From Macrostomum lignano (taxonomy: Eukaryota): DNA of 64,000 bases. The translations under genes were made by a program, and so were the position numbers. Location of the stretch: the NCBI GenBank assembly GCA_002269645.1, contig NIVC01000700.1, positions 1 to 64,000 on the forward strand, in the 5' to 3' direction. Positions 52,236 through 62,500 of the stretch are shown in pieces (position 1 is the first letter of the stretch; each line of letters starts with the position of its first letter). A model generated the notes under the pieces. It had not been told where the DNA came from. It worked only from the letters and a program-made list of their open reading frames with translations, and did not search any database.

Positions 52236-52825
52236 CCCTACATGTATAATCTACATTTCCAGAAGCCTCTCCAAATCCAAGTTATCTCCAAGTTATCTTC
52301 ACGCTTCTTGCATGCAAATTTAGAAAAAAATCTGCGCGCTGGTTGTCCCTTTGATATTTGGTAAAAGCGCGCGGAATGTTGTTTTGCTGAGGTTTGCTGA
52401 GGTTTTCTGGTGTCATGCCATTTGCTGAGGTCTATATAAGCACTAGTACCACAACCGCCTAGCAACAACCGGCCTGGCTGACCGAGATGGCGTTCTTCCC
52501 TGAAGCTGCGATTGTCTCGAAGGAGGCCCTCGAACGCAAGGATGCGGCAATCCTCTTCGGAAAGGCAGAGAAGTGGAACAAACACGACAAACGGACTGCG
52601 AGCTCTGGCGTGGCGACCCAGCTCTGCATGCTGGGAGTAGCTGCCGCTCGTTTTTTCAGACCAAAAAGCCGGTAGAGGTCTTTCGCGGCATCGCCCGAAA
52701 TGAAGGCCACAGTCCGGACAGCGGCTCGGGAGGGACAACTATGGCCCGCGAGCTGCAGTGCCCGTGCTGACCGAGACTGCTGGCTGGGAGCCGGACAAGT
52801 CGAATACATCGACTGCTGACTGCTG

Positions 52826-53148
52826 CCTCAATTTGACCGCCACAATTTGACCGCCTCAATTTGACCTCTGCAATCTGACCGCCTCAATGTGACCGCCACA
52901 ATTTGACCGCCTCCATTTGACCGGCACAATTTGACCGGCACAATTTGACCGGCACAATTTGACCGCCTCAATCTGACCGGCACAATTTGACCGCCACAAT
53001 TTGACCGCCACAATTTGACCGCCTCAATTTGACCGCCACAATCTGACCGCCACAATTTGACCGCCACAATCTGACCGCCACAATCTGACCGCCACAATTT
53101 GAGCGGCACAGTTTGACCGGCACAATTTGACCGCAACAATTTGACCTT
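52826..53148. repeat. 14-bp tandem repeat (AATTTGACCGCCAC), copy 2
   Basis: Read directly. Confidence 0.92.
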
Positions 53149-53651
53149 AATTTGAAATCTTAAATCCCCTGCAATGTCTAGACTTTAAATGAAAACAGTA
53201 GTAAGACGTCTAATCGCAACACATTTAATATGTATTTAAAAAGACTTCATTTCTTTTTAGATACAAAAAAACTTCATCTCTAAACAAAATTTCAAACACA
53301 ACGAAACAAAGATGACCAAATTTACACGAATAATGAAGAAATGAATAAAAATTACGAAAACAAACTGCGAAAACTTCGAAAAAGGTATGTTAGACGATAA
53401 CTGGCAAAGTCTAAAGTCTAACTCTAAACTATTGATACTAACAAATCGACAAATGGGGTTTAAGCTACTAGGATTTTACTTTTGTCTGGGATAAACATGT
53501 ATATTTGCGATTCTAAGAATGATAAACACTAGTAAGAGAGATATAAACTTTAAGCTTAAAAAACTATTGTTGTGATAATCAAACGTGACAATTGTGATAA
53601 TCAAATCAAAGCGTTTTGCTTTTTTAACCAAACATAACATTAACACGCAGT

Positions 53652-54946
53652 TAGGGGTGTTCGGGTCGGTCATTTTTTCGGGGTTCGGGGTTTACCCCGA
53701 ACCCGGTACCCCTACCCCGAACCCCGAACCCCGTCCCGAACATTTCTTCCAACCCCGAACCCCGAACCCGGTACCAAAACCCGACCCGACCCCGAACGTA
53801 ACCCCGAACATTTTCACGCTTATTTTGGTCAATCATTTTAATAAATTAATACACTTTTTCCACCGATAAAGGTACAATATTAATTTGTATTTCACTTCAA
53901 TTGTAAGCCTTTTGGGCGCGACGTTAGCTCATGAATGACTTGGGACAAACACAGTTTATATTTGTTGTATAAGTGTAAATTATATTGCACAATTCTTATC
54001 CTTCAGCTTCAGGAAATTCAAACTGTAATTGTTAGTTACAATGTTAGTTAATTCGGTCATTTGTCATTTATTTTCAGTAGATGCTAGATAGTAGACTACA
54101 TACTGGGCTCATAGACAAAGTAAATGAATAATAATAGTAATATTACATCTATGAGTTTATTTAAGCTGCAAAAATAGAGTACAATAAAATTAGATTATAC
54201 CCTGTAGTGCAGATATCAGTAGAGATAGAACTAGAGCGATAAAGAGATAGCACAGATAAAACAATGAAACAATGAAACAGGAGAGTTAATCACAAATATA
54301 TATTTATTTTTACTTTTGACTACAGTTAACAGTAAGTCAGTAGTGGTATAACAGAATTGCTATGTAAAAACTAAAGTGACGTCTTTACATAAAATTGTAT
54401 GCTGATATGAGTAGGTAATCATTGTGATAATTGATTATTGGCGACTGATGCGTGGAGAATAATAGTGTATTTATAAATTTTAAGCTTCCTCATCCAATCC
54501 AGAAGTTCAGACCATGTTACACGTAGCACATGTAAAATTATTACTGAACGAAATTTTTTAAATCATCAACTGCAAGACTGAATGGGTCGAAAAACGACAA
54601 TCCTTATTTACCAGAAAGTGTAAATGAATCCATGGTTCTATCTGCTATTTCCGTTTCAAATTGTATGTAAAATATAATTTAATTTGTACCTGAAACTCAA
54701 TGCATATCTTTCGCATTGTGGATTTTGCATAAGGAGTAAAAAGTGCTTGAAAATACTCTTGAGAATGATAATTGTTCAAAACCCCGAAAACCCCGAAAAC
54801 CCGGTGGCCAAACCCGACCCGAACCCCGAACCCGGTAACCCTACCCCGAACCCCGAACCCGACCCGGAACACCTACCCCGAACCCCGAACCCGGTACCAA
54901 AACCCGACCCGAAACCCGACCCGACCCCGAACCCCGAACACCCCTA
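53652..54946. mobile_element. Non-autonomous hAT-type DNA transposon (MITE) with 8-bp TSD
   Basis: TIRs TAGGGGTGTTCGGG (53652) and CCCGAACACCCCTA (ending 54946). TSD CACGCAGT at 53644-53651 and 54947-54954. Subterminal ACCCCGA-type repeats, AT-rich non-coding interior. The empty site (TACGCAGT, single copy) is at about 45284-45291. Confidence 0.93.
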
Positions 54947-54978
54947 CACGCAGTCTAAGCAAACTTAATTTCTACCAA

Positions 54979-56528
54979 TGACTCCTTGTCCAGAGCTCTG
55001 TACTCTACAATCATTATGTTCACACCTATGACTCATTGTCCAAAGCTCTGTACTCTACGATCATTATGTTCACACCTATGACTCATTGTCCAAAGCTCTG
55101 TACTCTACGATCATTATGTTCACACCTATGACTCATTGTCCAAAGCTCTGTACTCTACGATCATTATGTTCACACCTATGACTCATTGTTCAAAGCTCTG
55201 TACTCTACGATCATTATGTTCACACCTATGACTCATTGTCCAAAGCTCTGTACTCTACGATCATTATGTTCACACCTATGACTCATTGTCCAAAGCTCTG
55301 TACTCTACGATCATTATGTTCACACCTATGACTCATTGTCCAAAGCTCTGTACTTTACGATCATTATGTTCACACCTATGACTCATTGTCCAGAGTTCTG
55401 TACTCTACGATCATTATGTTCACACCTATGACTCATTGTCCAGAGTTCTGTACTCTACGATCATTATGTTCACACCTATGACTCATTGTCCAAAGCTCTG
55501 TACTCTACGATCATTATGTTCACACCTATGACTCATTGTCCAAAGCTCTGTACTTTACGATCATTATGTTCACACCTATGACTCATTGTCCAGAGTTCTG
55601 TACTCTACGATCATTATGTTCACACCTATGACTCATTGTCCAGAGTTCTGTACTCTACGATCATTATGTTTACACATATGATTCATTGTACACAGCTCTG
55701 TACTCTATGATAATTATGTTCACACCTATGACTCATTGTCCAGAGTTCTGTACTCTACGATCATTATGTTCACACATATGATTCATTGTACACAGCTCTG
55801 TACTCTATGATAATTATGTTCACACCTATGACTCATTATCCAAAGCTCTGTACTCTACGATCATCATGTTCACACCTATGACTCATTGTCCAGAGTTCTG
55901 TACTCTATGATCATTATGTTCACACCTATGACTCATTGTCCAAAGCTCTGTACTATATGATAATTATGTTCACACCTATGACTCATTTTCCAAAGCTCTG
56001 TACTCTACGATCATCATGTTCACACCTATGACTCATTGTCCAAAGCTCTGTACTCTACGATCATTATGTTCACACCTATGACTCATTGTCCAAAGCTCTG
56101 TACTCTACGATCATTATGTTCACACCTATGACTCATTGTCCAAAGCTCTGTACTCTACGATCATTATGTTCACATCTATGACTCATTGTCCAAAGCTCTG
56201 TACTCTACGATCATTATGTTCACGCCTATGACTCATTGTCCAGAGTTCTGTACTCTATGATCATTATGTTCACAGCTATGACTCATTGTCCAGAGCTCTG
56301 TACTCTATGATCATTATGTTCACACCTATGACTCATTGTCCAGAGTTCTGTACTCTACGATCATTATGTTCACACCTATGACTCATTGCCCAGAGTTCTG
56401 TACTCTACGATCATTATGTTCACACCTATGACTCATTGTCCAGAGTTCTGTACTCTACGATCATTATGTTCACACCTATGACTCATTGTCCAGAGTTCTG
56501 TACTCTACGATCATTATCTTCACAGCTT
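54979..56528. repeat. 50-bp tandem array derived from the 3' end of the adjacent ORF, 31 units
   Basis: Unit starts at 54979 to 56479 in 50-bp steps; the last unit is coding. Confidence 0.97.
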
Positions 56529-57918
56529 CGCAGAGCTCGACTGCGCTGTCGGCCAGAGACCTGACGGAGTCCACCAAACCTGTCAGCTGGTTCCGGGCGT
56601 CCTCAGACACTTCAGCTTTCTGAGTGGAGAGCTTCAGCGCTTCTGAATTATCCGGGTACTGGTTCTGACGTGAGAGAGACAGTGCCGCATCCGCTTTGGA
56701 ACTTGCATATGAAGTTCCTGCTTTAATACATTCAACCTGCAGTTTTCGATTTTTTTCAACCTTGGCCTGCCTGATACGGGCATCTCCGTTTACTTCGTTA
56801 AGCAGCTTGTTCGCCTCGCCTTCAAATGTTTCGAGTCCGTCCCGGAAATTTCCCATTGCCTCCGACAGCCTGACCAAGTTGCTGCATATCTCTGATAGAA
56901 TTACTTGCTTCTTTTTGTTTTTTGCTTTCCGTAGTTTCTTCAAGCTCTTCTTCACCTTCTTGACGAGAGTGTTCGATTTAAGAGTGGTTCTTGGTAGCAG
57001 CGGCACTCTCTCGGCCTCAGTTGTCAGCGCAGATAGCTTGTCCTTGTACCCGTATTTTGGAGACTTTTTTGTAAGCCGCTTGATTTTTTCCTGGATAGCT
57101 TTTGTCCGATCTCGAAAATAGTCTGTGTTGGAGGACTTCAGAGTCGCCAGGGCGCAGGCCTCGCACAAGAAGCAGGTTCCGACAGAGTGAATCGAATGTC
57201 GAGCCGCTGACAGTTGGCTATCTTGACTCTCTTGACCCCAACCAGAACAGATGCCACACTTCTTATTCCACATATTGGTTGTCCTCTTCGACCTTCGTAC
57301 GATCAAATCCTGGTACAGCCCGGCAATGCGCTTGCTTCCGAAGTCCACACACCTGGCATCATCAAGCGTTCTCAGCGGTATCTTTTTGAAGTAGCCGACC
57401 ATCTGACGAATGCTGCGGATAGGACTATCGATCTCAGATGCTTCCCTGCCTGCCTGCCCGGTGGAAGCACGCAGCTTTCTCAGTTCGTCCTCGCTTACCT
57501 TTGAGTTCTGGAGGCGAGAATCCAAGTCACCGATAGAGTCACGAATCTTAAGACAAACCTTGACGAGTTCATCCAGGATCGGAGCCAGCTTCTTGCCGCA
57601 GAATTTGAGCTGTGAAGCCTTTTTATTTACACCTGAACAGAGATCTTTTGCTTCTTTGTGGAGCGCTCTGTCCTTCCGTTCGGCAACTATTCGAAGTTCG
57701 AACAGCTTTTTGCATGTCGTCTGGGCAAGACAAATAAGGTCTACGAATGGAAGGATTTCCTTAACTTTAAAATCTTTTGGATTGATCTTTTTCGTCTCCG
57801 TGTCCACCGATTGAATCGAGCGCCACAATTCTTCATTTTTCAGGCATTTCACGAGTTTCAGCACGTGAGAGAGGCATTTGAATTCGGCTGACTTTTGTTT
57901 GGAAACGAAGCCTCCCAT
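56476..57918 (-). CDS. Intronless orphan protein, 480 aa: MGxxxSK N-terminus, Lys-rich coiled coils, central CxxC...HxxxxCxxCxxC cluster
   Basis: Open frame from ATG 57918 (the ORF-track start at 57960 is a TTG) to TAG 56476. Non-repetitive; conserved in the paralog. No family recognised. Confidence 0.78.
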   Translation of the reverse strand: MGGFVSKQKSAEFKCLSHVLKLVKCLKNEELWRSIQSVDTETKKINPKDFKVKEILPFVDLICLAQTTCKKLFELRIVAERKDRALHKEAKDLCSGVNKKASQLKFCGKKLAPILDELVKVCLKIRDSIGDLDSRLQNSKVSEDELRKLRASTGQAGREASEIDSPIRSIRQMVGYFKKIPLRTLDDARCVDFGSKRIAGLYQDLIVRRSKRTTNMWNKKCGICSGWGQESQDSQLSAARHSIHSVGTCFLCEACALATLKSSNTDYFRDRTKAIQEKIKRLTKKSPKYGYKDKLSALTTEAERVPLLPRTTLKSNTLVKKVKKSLKKLRKAKNKKKQVILSEICSNLVRLSEAMGNFRDGLETFEGEANKLLNEVNGDARIRQAKVEKNRKLQVECIKAGTSYASSKADAALSLSRQNQYPDNSEALKLSTQKAEVSEDARNQLTGLVDSVRSLADSAVELCEAVKIMIVEYRTLDNES

Positions 57919-58181
57919 GGCATCTGCGGCTGATACGAAAGAATCTACAAAATGGTGCAATACAAGTCGTACTTGGATGCTTCAGCTTCCGCGAGGGCAA
58001 TACATAGCAGTGCGGATGGGGCTGGGTAACGGCCTGGCCAATGAAATGGAATGGAAGCATGGAAAGGAAAAATAAGGAACTAAGCTAGCCTCATTTCATC
58101 CCCATAACTTGCACAGCTGGACTCGTGCTCCAATACGGAACTAAAAAAGGGAAAGAAAAGTGGGGATAAAAGAGAGAGAGA

Positions 58182-58298
<117 letters not shown>

Positions 58299-59092
58299 GG
58301 AGGGCGCCTCCAATCTCAGGCACGGACGCGGTACATGTAAAAAGGACAAACAAGTCAAGATGATTTAAGTTGCCGATATTTCGAATTAGGTAAATTCTTC
58401 GTCAGGGCAAATGAAAAGTAGCGACAAGTGGTGTTGTAAAAGTTATTAAATAGGCGGGTTAGAGGGGAGAGAGAGTAGGCAGGTAGATAGAGAGCGTACG
58501 GTATGTACACTTGGTGTGAGTCGATAAAACACTATTAGAGTTGAAAATGCAAAATAAAAAACAGTGCACAAATAAAGTGAACCGCACGTGGGCTGCAGCG
58601 ATCCTACACACGAAATAAATAATGGAATAGTGCGACTGCACCGGTGTCTAAAAAGGGGAAAGAGTGACTCTAAGCACTTTACAAAATTGACCTCAATAAA
58701 TAAATAAGCAGTAAATCAATAAATAAATAAATAAGGTGAAAGGCCCTCAAAAACTTAAAAAAAGAGCAATTGTACGATAAGCAAAAGAGTAAAAGTAAAA
58801 AGTGTAATAAAAAGTACAGGGTGTCAAGAAACAATAGAAATGTTGATGCAGAATAAATGCTGAGAATATACAAAAGCTGTGCTTGGGCTAGCGATGAGAA
58901 TAAAAAAATTTCTAAGAAAGGAGCAACAAAAGGCTTGGTAGGTACCGGCACGGTCTGACAAAGGTAAGTAGAAGGGAAAGTGAAGTAAAAAATCAAAAGG
59001 AAAAAATACAAAAATTCAATCAGTGGTGGACTCCAGTCGACTGGGACAGAGCAGCTGCCGGAGGTTCCGCCCTTTGGTGTAGGCGGGCAGCC

Positions 59093-59094
<2 letters not shown>

Positions 59095-59188
<94 letters not shown>
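59095..59188. repeat. (GA)n microsatellite
   Basis: Read directly. Confidence 0.97.
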
Positions 59189-59189
<1 letters not shown>

Positions 59190-59581
59190 GAAAAAGAGAC
59201 ACCAACCTTGAGCGGACGGTTGGTATTGCGAAGAGTCGAAATAACCCGAGGGCCGGATAGAGAGGCTGCGTGGGCCAGGCCACACGTACACCATGGGCCC
59301 TGGTGTACGTATGACTTTTTGCGTGCCAGAGTTTAAATTAGAACAAGGAACTACAGCAAGCAGATCAAAATTGTGGTGTACTTTGGTGAAAGAGGAAGTT
59401 CCTCTTTTGGAGAAAGAGGAAGTTCATAAACAAGCAGCAAACCCTGTAGTGCACAGAAAGCTAGTCTGCATTTGGGTAGATATTTGTAGCAGTGTGTGCA
59501 GTGAGCACCGCCATCCAAATTGGATAAAAAGTTTAATATGAGACTTACGGAAACTTACAATCCGGGACATTTCCTCATAGG

Positions 59582-62500
59582 GAGGGGAAGTGCCCGAGGG
59601 GAAGTGCCGGAGAGAAATTGCCGGAGGGGAAGTGCCGGAGGGGAAGTGCGGGAGGGGAAGTGCGGGAGGGGAAGTGCGGGAGGGGAAGTGCCGGACGGGG
59701 AAGTACGGGAGAATTGACGGAGGGGAAGTGCGGGAGGGGAAGTGCTGGAGGGGAAGTGCGGGAGAAGTGCGGGAGGGGAAGTGCGGGAGGGAAAGTGCGG
59801 GAGGAGAAATGCGGGAGGGGAAGTGCGGGAGCGGAAGTGCGGGAGAAGTGTGGGAGGGAAAGTGCGGAAGGGGAAGTGCTGGAGGGGAAGTGCAGGAGAG
59901 AAAGTGCGGGAGGGGAAGTGCGGAGGGGAAGTGCGGAGGGGAAGTGCGGGAGAGGAAGTGCGGGAGAAGTGCGGGAGGGGAAGTGCCGGAGGGGAAGTGC
60001 GGGAGGGGAAGTGCGGGAGGAGAAGTGCGGGAGAGAAAGTGCGGGAGAGAAAGTGCGGGAGGGGAAGTGCCGGACGGGGAAGTACGGGAGGGGAAGTGCG
60101 GAGGGGAAGTGCGGGAGGGGGAGTGCGGGAGGGGAAGTGCGGAGGGGAAGTGCGGAGGGGAAGTGCGGGAGGGAAAGTGCGGGAGGAGAAGTGCGTGAGG
60201 GGAAGTGCGGGAGAAGTGCGGGAGCGGAAGTGCGGGAGAAGTGCGGGAGGGGAAGTGCGGGAGGAGAAGTGAGGGAGGGGAAGTGCCGGAGGGGAAGTGC
60301 AGGAGAGAAAGTGCGGAAGGGGAAGTGCGGAGGGGAAGTGCGGGAGGGGAAGTGCCGGACGGGGAAGTGCGGGAGGAGAAGTGACGGAGGTGAAGTGCGG
60401 AGGGGAAGTGCGGGAGAGGAAGTGCGGGAGGGAAAGTGCGGGAGGAAAAGTGCGTGAGGGGAAGTGCGGGAGAAGTGCGGGAGCGGAAGTGCGGGAGGGG
60501 AAGTGAGGGAGGGGAAGTGCCGGAGGGGAAGTGCAGGAGAGAAAGTGCGGGAGGGGAAGTGCGGAGGGGAAGTGCGGGAGGGGAAGTGCGGGAGGGGAAG
60601 TGCGGAGGGGAAGTGCGGGAGGGAAGTGCGGGAGGGGAAGTGCGGAGGGGAAGTGCGGAGGGGAAGTGCGGGAGGGAAAGTGCGGGAGGAGAAGTGCGTG
60701 AGGGGAAGTGCGGGAGAAGTGCGGGAGCGGAAGTGCGGGAGAAGTGCGGGAGGGGAAGTGCGGGAGGAGAAGTGAGGGAGGGGAAGTGCCGGAGGGGAAG
60801 TGCAGGAGAGAAAGTGCGGAAGGGGAAGTGCGGAGGGGAAGTGCGGGAGGGGAAGTGCCGGACGGGGAAGTACGGGAGAATTGCCGGAGGTGAAGTGCGG
60901 AGGGGAAGTGCGGGAGAGGAAGTGCGGGAGGGAAAGTGCGGGAGGAGAAGTGCGGAGGGGAAGTGCGGGAGGGGAAGTGCCGGACAGGGAAGTACGGGAG
61001 AATTGCCGGAGGGGAAGTGCGGAGGGGAAGTGCGGGAGGGAAAGTGCGGGAGAAGAAGTGCGTGAGGGGAAGTGCGGGAGAAGTGCGGGAGCGGAAGTGC
61101 GGGAGAAGTGCGGGAGGGGAAGTGCGGGAGGGGAAGTGCGGAGGGAAAGTGCGGGAGGGGAAGTGCGGGAGAAGTGCGGGAGGAGAAATGCGGGAGGGGA
61201 AGTGCGGGAGAAGTGCGGGAGCGGAAGTGCGGGAGCGGAAGTGCGGGAGAAGTGTGGGAGGGAAAGTGCGGAGGGAAGTGCAGGAGAGAAAGTGCGGGAG
61301 GGGAAGTGCGGAGGGGAAGTGCGGAGGGGAAGTGCGGAGAGGAAGTGCGGGAGGGGAAGTGCGGAGGGGAAGTGCGGGAGGGGAAGTGCGGGAGGAGGGA
61401 AGTGCGGGAGAAAAGTGCGGGAGGGGAAGTGCGGAGGGGAAGTGCGGGAGGGGAAGTGCGGAGGGAAGTGCGGGAGGGGAAGTGCGGGAGGGGAAGTGCG
61501 GAGGGGAAGTGCGGGAGGGGAAGTGCGGGAGGGGAAGTGCGGGAGGGAAGTGCGGAGGGGAAGTGCGGAGAAGTGCGGGAGGGGAAGTGCGGGAGAAGTG
61601 CGGGAGGGGAAGTGCGGAGGAGAAGTGCGGGAGGGGAAGTGCGGAGGGGAAGTGCGGGAGAAAGTGCGGAGGGGAAGTGCGGAGGGAAGTGCGGGAGGGG
61701 AAGTGCCGGAGGGGAAGTGCGGGAGAGAAGTGACGGAGGGAAGTGCGGAGGGGAAGTGCGGGAGGGAAGTGCGGGAGGGAAAGTGCGGGAGGAGAAGTGC
61801 GGAGGGGAAGTGCGGGAGAAGTGCGGGAGCGGAAGTGCGGGAGGGGAAGTGCGGGAGGGGAAGTGCGGAGGGGAAGTGCGGAGAGAAGTGCGGGAGGGGA
61901 AGTGCGGAGGGGAAGTGCGGGAGGGGAAGTGCGGAGGGGAAGTGCGGAGAGAAGTGCGGGAGGGGAAGTGCGGGAGGGGAAGTGCGGGAGGGGAAGTGCG
62001 GGAGGGGAAGTGCGGAGGGGAAGTGCGGGAGGGGAAGTGCGGGAGGGGAAGTGCGGAGGGGAAGTGCGGAGGGGAAGTGCGGGAGGGAAAGTGCGGGAGG
62101 AGAAGTGCGTGAGGGGAAGTGCGGGAGAAGTGCGGGAGCGGAAGTGCGGGAGAAGTGCGGAGGGGAAGTGCGGGAGGGAAGTGCGGAGGGGAAGTGCGGA
62201 GGGGAAGTGCGGGAGAAAGTGCGGGAGGAGAAGTGCGGAGGGGAAGTGCGGGAGGGAAGTGCGGGAGGGAAGTGCGGAGAAGTGCGGGAGGGGAAGTGCG
62301 GGAGGGGAAGTGCGGAGGGAAGTGCGGAGGGAAGTGCGGGAGGGAAGTGCGGGAGAAGTGCGGGAGGAGAAATGCGGGAGGGGAAGTGCGGGAGGAGAAA
62401 TGCGGGAGGGGAAGTGCAGGAGAGAAAGTGCGGGAGGGGAAGTGCGGAGGGGAAGTGCGGAGGGGAAGTGCGGGAGAGGAAGTGCGGGAGAAGTGCGGGA

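Larger units (their letters stand above)
52826..57970. repeat. Duplicated unit, copy 2 (with hAT MITE insertion and expanded arrays)
   Basis: Collinear with 44570-47325. Confidence 0.95.

Noticed and set aside
45316-56528. 50-bp arrays next to an unknown ORF as a CRISPR or guide-RNA array
   Set aside because: Units are head-to-tail near-identical with no variable spacers and derive from the ORF end.
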